Shown here: positions 50,498 to 62,165 of the stretch, one piece after another
Layout: the number at the start of each line of letters is the position of its first letter
How positions within the stretch are numbered: the stretch's first letter is position 1
NCBI GenBank assembly: GCA_035221665.1
Contig: CM069160.1
Span: 8,370,001-8,434,000 of the forward strand
Length of the DNA stretch: 64,000 nucleotides
Reading direction: 5' to 3'
Source of the DNA: Okamejei kenojei
Lineage: Eukaryota
The notes under the pieces: model-generated
Databases searched by the model: none
What the model saw: only the letters and a program-made list of their open reading frames with translations
Told to the model about the DNA's origin: nothing
Position numbers and translations under genes: made by a program

Positions 50498-51562
50498 GTC
50501 TGAAGAAGGGTCTCGATCCGAAACGTCACCCATTCCTTCTCTCCAGAGATGCTGCCTGTCCTGCTGGGTTACTCCAGCTTTTTGTGTCTATCTTCGGTTT
50601 AAACCAGCATCTGCAATTCCTTCTTACACATTGTCCTCATTCTTCAGAGAACGGGGATTCCCCTCTCCCTCTATAGTTGAGACTCGCACCAGGGTCTCCT
50701 CCGTACCCCGCAACACTGCCCTCTCTCCCCATCCCCCCACTCACAACAAGGGCAGAGTCCCCTTGGTCCTCACCTTTCACCCCACCAGCCGGCACATACA
50801 ACACATAGTCCTCCGCCAGTTTCGCCACCTCCAACGTGACCCCACCACTTGCCACATCTTCCCATCTCCCCCCTTGTCTGCCTTCCACAAAGACCGCTCC
50901 CTCCGCAACTCCCTTGTCAATTCTTCCCTTCCCTCCCGCTCCACCCCTTCCCCAGGCACTTTCCCTTGCAACCGCAAGAGATGCTACACTTGTCCCTTCA
51001 CCTCCCCCCTCCACTCCTTTCAAGGACCCAAGCAGTGCTTCCTGGTCCGACAGAGGTTCACCTGCACCTCCGCCAACCTCATCTATTGCATCCGCTGCTC
51101 TAGATGCCAGCTGATCTATATCGGTGAGACCAAGCGGAGGCTTGCCAATCGTGTCGCCGAACACTTCCGCTCGGTCCGCAATAACCAACCCGACCTCCCG
51201 GTGGCTCAGCACTTCAACTCCCCCTCCCATTCCATATCCGACCTCTCTGTCCTGGGCCTCCTCCACAGCCAGAGTGAGCGACACCGCAAGCTGGAGGAAC
51301 AGCACCTCATATTCCGCTTGGGGAGTCTGCATCCTCTGGGCTTGAATATTGAATTCTCTCAATTCTGTTGACCCTTGCTGTCTCCTCCCCTTCCCACCTC
51401 TCCCTCAGCCCTCGGGCTCCTCCTCCTTTTTCCTTTCTTCCCCCCGCCTCCCCCCACCCCCTATCAGTCTGAAGAAGGGTTTTGGCCCGAAACTTTGCCT
51501 ATCTCCTTCGCTCCATAGATGCTGCTGCACCCGCTGAGTTTCTCCAGCCTTTTGTGTACCCC
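50498..51562 (+). mobile_element. Penelope-like element: GIY-YIG endonuclease ORF remnant between two direct terminal repeats
   Basis: ORF 50631-51371 with CxRxRCxTC and LIYCIRC..C..IYIGETKR.L..R..EH. Repeats carrying the CTGAAGA...GAAA core start at 50500 and 51469. Confidence 0.92.
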
Positions 51563-52068
51563 CTTCCTACACATGTTCTCCAGACATGTGACCTGACCCC
51601 CTGAGTTGCTCCCTCCACAACTTTGTGTCCTTTTTTATGTCCTACCATACGTGTGCCAATGGCAATAAACCCAACTTCTGACTTGTGAATATCGTCTAAC
51701 ATAGTCTCCTGGTGCCTTTTGATTCCTCTACACCTTCCGTCCCACAGCAGGGCAGCCTGAAGGACAATTTCCTTTGTCATTTCCTTTCTACAAATCAAAG
51801 GCGTCACCATGGGAACTCCCGTGAGCCCCATCTACGCCCCTCTCTTCACAGATACACAGAGCCGTACCTGTTTCAGACTGAAACAAGTATCTGCCTCATC
51901 TCTTTGCATCTACTTGTTCTGCGTGCTGCTCCCAAATTCACTCCCAGCACCTACTGGAATCTGAGTAAACCTGTTCAACTAGTGTGAGGTAGTCGAAAAT
52001 GTGACTTACCGTCAGGTGACAAAAGGGATCGGAGGGATGGTCAAACAAAGCATGATGTCGTTAACTAA

Positions 52069-52394
52069 AGGGCCTGTCCCACTTGGGGGTCATTTGCATG
52101 TCATTTACGCGACATCATTCATTGCATCACTGCAGATGCTGGTTTAAACTGAAGATAGACACAAAAAGCTGGAGTCCCTCACCGGGACAGGCAGCATCTC
52201 TGGAGAGAAGGAATGGGTGACGTTTCGGGTTGAGACACTTTCTTCAGACTCTTTAGAATCTTTTCCGACTCTCACTTTCGTGTCTGAAGAAGGGTCTCAA
52301 CCAAAAAACGTTGCGCGCGGCTCACCAGGATTTTGGGATGTACAAAATCTTTGCATGCCATCTGCGCAAATGACACCCAAGTGGGACAGCCCCT
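52069..52394. mobile_element. PIF/Harbinger-type MITE
   Basis: TIRs AGGGCCTGTCCCACTTGGG / CCCAAGTGGGACAGCCCCT with a TAA TSD. Penelope repeat inserted inside. Confidence 0.8.
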
Positions 52395-52512
52395 TAAAGA
52401 TGCAAGAGCAGACTCAGCAATTTCAAATGGCGCAGCTGGTAGAGCCACTGTCTCACAGCGCCAGAGACCAGGAACAAGGAAATGCAGATGCTGGTTATAA
52501 AAAAAAAGACAA

Positions 52513-54690
52513 AATTCAATTCAATTCAACTTTAATGTCATTGCACAGATACAAGTATGGGTACAACGAAATGCAGTTTAGTGTCAGTACGTAGTGATAG
52601 CAACATATAGATAAATACAGATAAATAAATACAGATGTGGGAATCTATCGGCGGGACTCCGAGTTCAGCAGAGCGATCGTGTTATTGTAGAAGCTAAGCC
52701 TCATCCTGCTGGTGCGGGACCTGAGGCTCCTGTACCGCCTCCCCGATGGTAGGAGGGCAAACAGTCCATGGTTAGGGTGGGAGGGGTCCTTGATGATCTT
52801 CCCGGCCCGTCTCAGACACCGTTTTTGGTGGAGGGCATCCATGGCAGAGAGCGGGGCACCGATGATGTACTGGGCGGTTTTCACCACCCGTTGTAGTGCC
52901 TTCCTGTCTGCTACGGTGCAACTGCTGTACCAGACCGTAAAGCAGGTGGTCAGGATGCTTTCGATGGTACAGCGGTAGAAGTTGGTCAGGATCTGGAGGG
53001 ACAGGTGGGCTTTTTTGAGCCTCCTCAGAAAGTAAAGGCGCTGCTGCGCCTTTTTGATCAGCTTGGAGGTGTTGAGGGACCAGGACAGATCCTCTGAGAT
53101 GTGTACCCCGAGGAATTTGTAGTTGGAGACCCGCTCCACCTCAGTCCCGTTTATATGGATGGGGGTGTGTCTGTCCCCTCTGTTCTTTCTGAAGTCGACA
53201 GTGATTTCCTTCGTCTTCTGGGAGTTGAGGACGAGGTTGTTATTGGCACACCAGGTTGTCAGGTGCTGGACCTCCTCCCTGTAGGCTGACTCGTCGTTGT
53301 CGCTGATCAGTCCTACCACCGTGGTGTCGTCGGCAAATTTTATGATGGCGTTGGAGCCATGCTTAGGGATGCAGTCATGGGTGAAGAGAGAGTAGAGGAG
53401 AGGACTGAGCACACAGCCCTGTGGCACGCCAGTGTTCAGTGTTATAGTGGAGGAGGTGAGGTTGTTGATCCTAACAGACTGGGGTCTGTTAGTGAGGAAA
53501 TCCAGTGTCCATTTGCAGAGGGAAGTGGAGAAGCCAAGACCGCTGAGTTTGGTGATCAAGCTAGCGGGTATGACAGTGTTAAAGGCGGAACTGAAGTCGA
53601 TGAACAGCAGCCTGATGTAGGTGTTATTGCTGTCCAGGTGGGTCAGGGCAGAGTGTAGGGCCGCAGATATGGCGTCTTCTGTTGACCTGTTGGTCCGGTA
53701 GGCAAACTGATGGGGGTCCAGTGTGGGGGGAGGCTGGCTTTGAGGTGAGCCAAGATCAGCCGCTCGAAGCACTTGGCGATGACAGGGGTGAGTGCCACTG
53801 GCCGGAAATCGTTGAGACTCCCTGTCGTTGATTGTTTGGGCACTGGCACAATGGTAGATGTCTTGAGGCAAGTGGGGACGACACCCTGGGCCAGTGACAG
53901 ATTGAAGATGTCAGTGAGGACCAGGGATAGTTGTCCAGCACATGCCCTGAGCACCCGCCCGGGGATGCCATCGGGGCCGGCAGCTTTGTGCTCATTCACC
54001 TTGCTCAGTGCATCTTGTACAGCAGAGGTGGAGAGACTGAGGGGTTGTTCATGCGGGGGTGGGGCAACTTTGATGGCTGGAGTTTTGTTGTCCCGGTCAA
54101 AGCGGGCGTAGAAATGGTTTAGCTCGTCAGGAAGGGAGGCATTGTCTGGGGGGGGGGGGGGGTGTTGACTTTATGGTAATCGGCAATGGATTTGATTCCT
54201 TGCCACATGCGCCTGGGGTCAGAGTTGTTTCGGAAATGCTCCTCGATCCACCGTTTGTGATTGAGTTTAGCATTCCTAATTCCCTTTTTCAGATTGGCCC
54301 TGGATGAGCTGTATCCCTCAGCATCGCCAGATTTAAAAGCGGCGTCGCGAGCCTTCAGCAGGAGTCTGACCTCCCTGCTCATCCACGGCTTCTGGTTAGG
54401 ATAGGTCTTTATCTCTTTGTGGGTAGTGACGTTGTCCGTGCAGAATTTTATATAGTCCAGAACGGTTGAGGTGTATGAGTTGATGTTCACTTGGGAGGTG
54501 AAGGTGGCCTGAGTGGCAAACAGACTCCAGTCTGTTTGCTGAAACTGTTCCTGTAAAACAGAGACAGCCCCCTCAGGCCAGACCTTCATTGTCCTCACGG
54601 TAGGTTTCACACGTCTGATCAGAGGTGTGTATTTGGGGAGCAGGAACAGAGAGAGGTGGTCAGACTGTCCCAGGTGGGGGAGGGCTCCCG
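52513..54690 (-). mobile_element. Young 5'-truncated Rex1/Babar-type LINE (RT)
   Basis: ORFs 54119-54610, 53643-53999 and 52645-53871 join through frameshifts: [41 protein letters not shown]. 3' (TTGAA)n tail. Confidence 0.92.
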
Positions 54691-55071
54691 TACAGATTTG
54701 TAGGTTGATTGACGATACAAAATGTAAAATTGTCCCCAGTGCTTGTAGAGTGCTGTTAATGTGCGGAGATCACTGGTCAGTGTGGACCCGGTGGGCTGAA
54801 GGGCTTATTTCCGTGCTGCATCTCTAGACTAAAACTAAAACAAAAATTCGGTATTGTCTCCGGAGATCGTGGGTAGGTGATGTTCCAGTTTAGGACTCAT
54901 TCTTCAGACTGATTGCAGTGGGGGCAGTTAAGAATGTAGGAAAAGAGGAAGGGAAAAGAGGAAGATTGTGACCGGTAATTTAGTAATGGGTGATCACAGG
55001 CGAGGGGGTTGTCTGATAGGCAGAGACGAAAAGAATAGCGTAATCCCAAAAAGGATAAAGAGTTACGAATT

Positions 55072-56308
55072 GTGAAAGGTAAATCATGTCTGACGAATCT
55101 TGTGGAATTTTTCGAGGATGTAACTAGTAGCGTGGATAAGGGTGAACCAGTGGATGTGGTATATCTGGACTTCCAGAAGGCTTTCGACAAGGTCCCACAT
55201 AAGAGATCAGTATACAAACTTAAAGCATACGGCATTGGGGGTTCAGTATTGATGTGGATAGAGAACTGGCTGGCAAACAGGAAGCAAAGAGTAGGAGTAA
55301 ACGGGTCTTTTCACAATGGCTAGCAGTGACTAGTGAGGTACCGCAGGGCTCAGTGCTGGGACCCCAGCTATTTACAATATGTATTAATGATCTGGATGAG
55401 GGAATTGAAGGCAATATCTCCAGGTTTGCGGATGACACTAAGCTGGGGGGAAGTGTTAGCTGTGAGGAGGATGCTAGGAGACTGCAAGGTGACTTGGATA
55501 GGCTGGGTGAGTGGGCAAATGTTTGGCAGATGCAGTATAATGTGGATAAATGTGAGGTTATCTGCTTTGGTGGCAAAAACAGGAAAGCAAACTATTATCT
55601 AAATGGTGGCCGATTAGGAAAAGGGGAGATGCAGCGAGACCTGGGTGTCATGGTACACCAGTCATTGAAAGTAGACATGCAGGTGCAGCAGGCAGTGAAG
55701 AAAGCGAATGGTATGTTAACTTTCATAGCAAAATAATTTGAGTATAGGAGCAGGGAGGTTCTACTTCAGTTGTACGGGGTCTTGGTGAGACCACACCTGG
55801 AGTATTGCGTACAGTTTTGGTCTCCAAATCTGAGGAAGGACATTATTGCCATAGAGGGAGTGCAGAGAAGGTTCACCAGACTGATTCCTGGGATGTCAGG
55901 ACTGTCTTATGAAGAAAGACTGGATAGACTCGGTTTATACTCTCTAGAATTTAGGAAATTGAGAGGGGATCTTATAGAAACTTACAAAATTCTTAAGGGG
56001 TTGGACAGGCTAGATGCAGGAAGATTGTTCACGATGTTGGGGAAGTCCAGGACAAGGGGTTACAGCTTAAGGATAAAGGGGAAATCCTTTAAGACCGAGA
56101 TGAGAAAGACTTTTTTCACACAGAGAGTGGTGAGTCTCTGGAACTCTCTGCCACAGAGGGTAGTTGAGGTCAGTTCATTGACTATATTTAAGAGGGAGTT
56201 AGATGTGGCCCTTGTGGCTAAGGGGGTCAGAGGGTATGGAGAGAAGGCAGGTACAGGATACTGAGGATACTGCAGCCTGCTCCTGCACCTAATTTCTATG
56301 TTTCTATG
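55072..56308 (+). mobile_element. CR1 LINE RT and 3' end
   Basis: YLDFQKAFDKV, VPQGSVLGP, FADDTK. (TTTCTATG)n tail. Confidence 0.93.
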
Positions 56309-56560
56309 AAACCCAAGATTAGAAAAGTGGGTAGTGGCACGGTGGCGCAGGTGCAGAATTGCTGCCTTACAGTGCCAGAGATCCGGGTTTGATCCTGACC
56401 ACGGGTGCTGTTTGTACGGAGTTTGTACGCTCTCCCCTAGATCACTTGGGATTTCTCCGAGATCTTCGGTTTCCTCCCACACTCCAAAGATGTACAGGTT
56501 GATAGGTTAATTGGCTTGTTGTAAGTGTAAATTGTCCCGAATGTGTGTAGGATAGTGTTA

Positions 56561-56786
56561 AGGGCCCGTCCCACTTTCACGACCTAATTCACGACCTCTG
56601 CAGAGTTTGCCCTTGACTCATACTTGCATCATGGTCGTAGGAGGTCGTAGGTACGTCGTACGTATGTCGTGATGCTAGTCGTAGGTACTCATGGCATCAA
56701 GTAGGTCGGGGCATTTTTCTAGCCTGTTGAAAAATGTCCATGAGTAAAAAAGGTTGTGAATTAGTTGTGAAAGTGGGACAGGCCCT
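56561..56786. mobile_element. PIF/Harbinger-type MITE inside an HE1-like SINE
   Basis: TIRs AGGGCCCGTCCCACTTTCAC / GTGAAAGTGGGACAGGCCCT with a TTA TSD. Confidence 0.85.
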
Positions 56787-56902
56787 TTAGTGTTCAGGGG
56801 CCGCTGGATGGTGCAGACTCGGTGCACTGCTGTATCTCTAATAAAAATATTTGTTTTAAAGTAGCTAATTATTCATCCAATTCAAGGAAAGCGGGATGGG
56901 AT

Positions 56903-56935
<33 letters not shown>

Positions 56936-57129
56936 GGGAGGGGGAGAACCCAATGCAAGGTCAATTAGGGGTCAAAGGAGTGGGAGGGAGGGAAATAAAT
57001 GTTTGTAGGTTAATTGACCTCTGTAAATCGCCCCTAAACTGCAGGGAATGGATGACAAAGTGTGATAACATAGAACTTGTGTGAATGGTCAGTGTGAACT
57101 CAGTGCGTTGGAGGGCTGTTTCCATTCTA

Positions 57130-58200
57130 ACATAGAAACATGGAAAATAGGTGCAGGAGTTGGCCATTCGGTCCTTCGAGCCTGCACCACCATTCAATAT
57201 GATCATTGCTGATCATCCAACTCAGTATCCCGTACCTGCCTTCTCTCCATACCCCTTGATCCCCTTAGCCACAAGGGCCACATCTAACTCCCTCTTAAAT
57301 ATAGACAATAAACTGGCCTCAACTACCTTCTGTAGCAGAGAATTCCACAGATTCACCACTCTCTGTGTGAAAAATGTTTTTCTCATCTCGGTCCTACAAG
57401 ACTTCCCCCTTATCCTTAAACTGTGACCCCTTGTTCTGGACTTCCCCAACGTCGGGAACATGTTGTAGCTTTCAATCCAAACAAGATGCAAAAGTGGTAT
57501 CTGGTGAAAGAGATAGCAAGCAACATCTGAAGAATATAGCAGTTCAGTTATGCTGCAGCTTCATAGGAATTTGGTTCGGCTACATTTGAAGTATTGCATG
57601 TTGTTCTGGTCGCCTCGTTACGGGAAGGATGTGGAGAATGGAGAGGGTCCTGAGGGAAATTTACCAGAATGTTGCCTGGATTACAGGGTATTTGCTATAA
57701 GGGGAGGTTGGGCATGCTGGAGGTTGAGGGGAGGCCTGATGGAAGTACATAAAATGATGAGAGGCATAGATGGGGTAGATGGACAGAATCTATTCCCTAG
57801 GGTGGATCTCATAGAAACATATTAAATTATAAAAGGACTGGACAAGCTAGATGCAGGAAAAATGTTCCCAATGTTGGGTGAGTCCAGAACCAGGGGGCCA
57901 CAGTCTTAGAATATAGGGGAGGTCATTTAAGACTGAGGTGAGAAAAAACTTTTTTACCAAGAGAGTTGTGAATTTATGGAATTCCCTGCCACAGAGGGCA
58001 GTGGAGGCCAAATCACTGGATGGATTTAAGAGAGAGTTGGATAGAGCTCTAGGGGCTAGTGGGGTCAGGGGCTATGGGGAGAAGGCAGGCACGGGTTATT
58101 GATAGAGGACGATCAGCCATGATCACAATGAATGGCGGTGCTGGCACGAAGGGCCAAATGGCCTCCTCCTGCACCTATTTTCTATGTTTCTATGTTTCTG
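57130..58200. mobile_element. Cluster of CR1 3' fragments in both orientations
   Basis: 57130-57460(-), 57530-57800(+) and 57800-58200(+), with CR1 C-terminal motifs and tails. Confidence 0.8.
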
Positions 58201-59160
58201 TGTCTAAAATCTAAAGCTGCCAGTGATAAATCTTAAAAGGCATGGGGGACTATTCATCTGTAAACCTACGAAAACATCTAATACTTCCTTATTTTATCAT
58301 GCTATTATGTCCTCACACCCTCTGTCTGCAGTGCTCCATATTTCTCCCTGTTCCCTGCATTTTCAGGCGGTTGTCTAAAAGCCTCTTAAATGTCATTCTC
58401 TGCCTCCACCACCACTCCCGTCATGCCTGAAGCGTCTGCAGTGTGGAATGTCGAGCTGCCACTCCTGCCCGACTCGCAGCCATGTCTCCTCGATAGCAAC
58501 GGCACACAGTCCTTTGTGTTGATCAACGCCCAAATTAATTTACCTTACCTGTCAGACACTTTGCATTAAAATGACTGGAATTTAGCCTTACATTCCCCAC
58601 ACCCTTGTTTCACCTGTTCGCTCTGCTGACTGGACTGGATTAGTGTCCCTGCAATTGCTGACTGTGCTTCCTGTTAACCCCTCCCCCCCCAGCACTCTGT
58701 GCCCCATTCCTTTGCCAAATTAGTTGAAATACAACGTGGCTGTGGTACCGGGTTTGAAGCAGGGTTTCAACCCGAAACGTTGCCTATTTCCTTCGCTCCA
58801 TAGATGCTGCCTCACCCGCTGAGTTTCTCCAACATGTTCGTCTACCTCAGTTTAAAGGCAAAGTGCTGGAGTAACTCACCCTTTAGGCAACATCTCTGTC
58901 GAGCACGGATCCATACCCTCCACAGATGGTGCCCGGCCTGCTGAGTTACTCCAGCACTTGGTACGTTTTTTTCCTTTTGTAAACCGGCATCTGCGGTTCC
59001 TCGTGTCTCCAAATTGATGGTTTCGTGGCCATGTTTGCAGATGATACGAAGATAGTTGGAGGTGCAGGTAGTGTTGAGGAAGCAGAGAGGCTGCAGAAGG
59101 ACTTGGACCAATTGGGAGAGTGGGCAAAGAAGTGACAAATACATTGCACTACAGCAAGAT

Positions 59161-60395
59161 GAGGCACGTGCCGTGAGTAATTAGTCAGGGTAGGCAGTGG
59201 CTTTTAAAAATCTTGAAAACCGCGCATGCGCTGATTGTTCTCTTGAGTTTTATCAAGTAATTTTTCTTTAATAGGTCCTATCTCTTAATAAAGTATTAAA
59301 AAACATATACTTTTTACTTACCATATTATTTGTAAACAAAATCCATTTTTCACTGTTAAAGAAGGAACTGCAGATGCTGGAAAATCGAGGGTGCACAAAA
59401 TGCTGGAGAAACTCAGCGGGTGCAGCAGCATCAATGGAGCGAAGGAGATAGGTAACGTTTCGGGCTGAAACCCTTCTTCGGGTTTTAGCCCGAAACGTTA
59501 CCTATCTCCTTCGCTCCATAGATGCTGCTGTACCTGCTGAGTTTCTCCAGCATTTTGTGTACCATCCATTCATAGACATAGAAACATAGAAACATAGAAA
59601 TTAGGTGCAGGAGTAGGCCATTCAGCCCTTCGAGCCTGCACCACCATTCAATATGATCATGGCTGATCATCCAACTCAGTATCCCGTACCTGCCTTCTCT
59701 CCATACCCTCTGATCCCCTTAGCCACAAGGGCCACATCCAACTCACTCTTAAATATAGCCAATGAACTGGCCTCAACTACCCTCTGTGGCAGAGAGTTCC
59801 AGAGACTCACCACTCTCTGTGTGAAAAAAGTCTTTCTCATCTCGGTCTTAATATACTTCGCTCTTTATATTCTTCGCTCTTTGTTTCCTGTTGTACCAAG
59901 CTGTTTTAAATGTTCTAATTATTTTTGTTCCTTTGCACTGTTGAAGTTCTTTATGTTCCGGCGTTGGTCTGCCGTTTTCAATTATGTTGGTCTTTTCCTC
60001 GAATGTTTGCTTCGAGGAACTCTTCAGGTAGTCACTATCCATGTTTGAAAAACCCACCAAGAAACCTGTGCATGCGTAGTGCGCAACGCAGCACATGCAC
60101 GCAGTCCGCGGTGTAAAGGCAGAGTTTCAGCTGCCTTTACGGACCGTTCCCACTGATGGCTTGAAGCAGCGTCGACGGCACGTGAGTACCTCATACCTCC
60201 GCGTATTAAATGCACTGCGCTTGATAGGCATGGGACAATTACACTCGCAGGCATAATTCTCACGTGCCTTTACTATTTATGACCATTTTATATATGTTTT
60301 ATATATATATTTTATATATATAAAATAATGAACATTTTATAATTTTAGTCAGGGTAGGCACTGCCTACCTTGCCTACCCTGACGGCACGTGCCTG
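59161..60395 (-). mobile_element. Internally deleted hAT transposon with transposase N-terminal remnant
   Basis: TIRs (G/C)AGGCACGTGCCGT with 8-bp TSD AGCAAGAT (59153-59160 and 60396-60403). Minus ORF ...FEEKTNIIENGRPTP...RTFKTAWY resembles the start of TTF-type zinc-finger hAT transposases. Confidence 0.8.
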
Positions 60396-60470
60396 AGCAA
60401 GATGTATGATCGTAGAAGGAATAATGGTGTAGATTATTTTCTAAATGGGGAGAGGATTCAGAAATCAGAG

Positions 60471-61580
60471 TTCTTCAAATACATAGCTTTGCGAAAACAG
60501 TGTTTTCCCTCATTTCCTCATCTGTCCACTAAGAGCCAATTAGACACTATTCTGGTGTTAAAGAAGGAACTGCAGATGCTGGAGAATCGAGGGTACACAA
60601 AAGGCTGAAAAAGGGTCTTGACCCGAAACGTCGCCTATCTCCTTCGCTCCTTAGACACTATTCTGGAGTTGGACCCCTTTGACAAGAAATGTGTTGCAGC
60701 AATTTACACATTAATACAGGAATTAAAACAGATAACCTGGGACAAAACTAAAGTGGCATGGAAGAGGGACCTGGGTGTAGAGCTTTCTGATGAGGCGTGG
60801 CGAGAGAGCTTAATTCGTATACACACCTCTTCGCTCTGTATACGCCATGGGTTGATCCAATTTAAAGTCCTTCACCGTCTTCATTATTCAAGAGACAAAC
60901 TTGCCGGAATCTTTTCTACCACAGATCTTGGCTGCCCTAGATGTGACAATAGCCCAGCCTCTGCAGGACACATGTTTTGGACATGTCCCTCTCTCAACAG
61001 CTACTGGGGAAACATATTTGAGGTATTCTCCCATATCTGCAGACAGACTATAAATCCTGACTTGCACACAGCTATCTTTGGACTACCACCCCCAAATTGT
61101 AAGCTTACAAATTTACAAACAAATGCTTTAGCATTTGCATCATTGCTTGCTCGCAGGCTTAATCTTTTCAACTGGAAGTCAAAAAAAGCTCCATCTTTTT
61201 TGCAGTGGTAAAAGGAAAGGAGGTGCTCTCCTTTTTACCCTTGGAAAAGATCAGGTATAAACGGTGCAACTAAGGCCTGCAGAAACTTCACTCTGACCTG
61301 GAACCCTTTTATAGATTTTATTACAGATTTTTCCTTTAACTGAAAATATTGTCTACACAGTCATAATCATTTATTTATATGTGTATGTTGCTGTTGTTAA
61401 CATGTAGCATTAGACTTTAAAAAATGATTATTCTTATTTTTTTCGCTTTCTCTTTTTCGAGCCTTGGGGATGGGGAGGGGGGTATATAAGTTGTGTAGTG
61501 CTCTGTACTGTTTGTTGGTGTTCTGTGTAAATTTGTGTTTATAACTTGAAAACCAAAAATAAAGTTATTTAAAAAAAAAA
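60471..61580 (+). mobile_element. 5'-truncated L1-clade LINE
   Basis: ORF 60618-61211 with QFKVLHR and CPRC...HMFWTC zinc knuckle. AATAAA plus poly(A). TSD AAATC(A/G)GAG. Inserted in a CR1 fragment. Confidence 0.88.
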
Positions 61581-61750
61581 AAATCGGAGAGGCAAAGGGA
61601 CTTGAAGTGCTGGTGCAGGATTCCTAAAAGATTAATTTCCAGGTTAAAGTGATGGTAGGAAAGGCAAATTCATTTGAAGGGGACTAGAATATAAAAGTAC
61701 GAGCAAATGCTGAGGCTTTATCAGGCGCTGGTGAGGTTACATTAGGAATA

Positions 61751-62165
61751 CTTCTCTGTGGATTGTCACCTTTTCGTGGTGGAGAAGCTTGTGTGGTCCT
61801 GAGATCCTGAGAGCGATGCCGTATGGAGCTATGCTCCTGGTAGGGTCACCCAAGGCGGTAAGGTCGAGGGGGAGGTCTCTGACAAATAGCAATCCAACCA
61901 AGACCTCAACGGTGGAACAGGCGGAGGACGATGGCTGACCTTAGTGGAGCGTCACCAACGGCTGGGAAGGCGGATGAAGGCTGCAGCAGAAAAGGGTGTC
62001 CGGTCGTCTTGGACTCCATGCCACTGGATCCTGACCCAGATCTGTCAAGGACCATGGGGTGGCTGCCTGTGCACCAGTCTCCCCACGATAAACAAAGTCA
62101 CGCACAGGCGTCCTCCAGGAGAGGACAGCCACACTTGTTTCGAGTGATCGCCGATGATGATGAAG
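61751..62165 (+). mobile_element. Short bipartite RTE-derived non-autonomous retroelement
   Basis: 12-bp TSD ACATTAGGAATA (61739-61750 and 62166-62177). 5' part resembles RTE/BovB/Rex3 5'UTRs (gatgccgt..ggtagggtcacccaaggcgg..ctgacaaa). 3' (GAT)n tail, no ORF2. Confidence 0.7.

Noticed and set aside
58484-58500. RFX X-box-like GTCTCC..TAGCAAC with a nearby minus-strand donor
   Set aside because: Only a half-site matches well and no associated exon or gene could be built.
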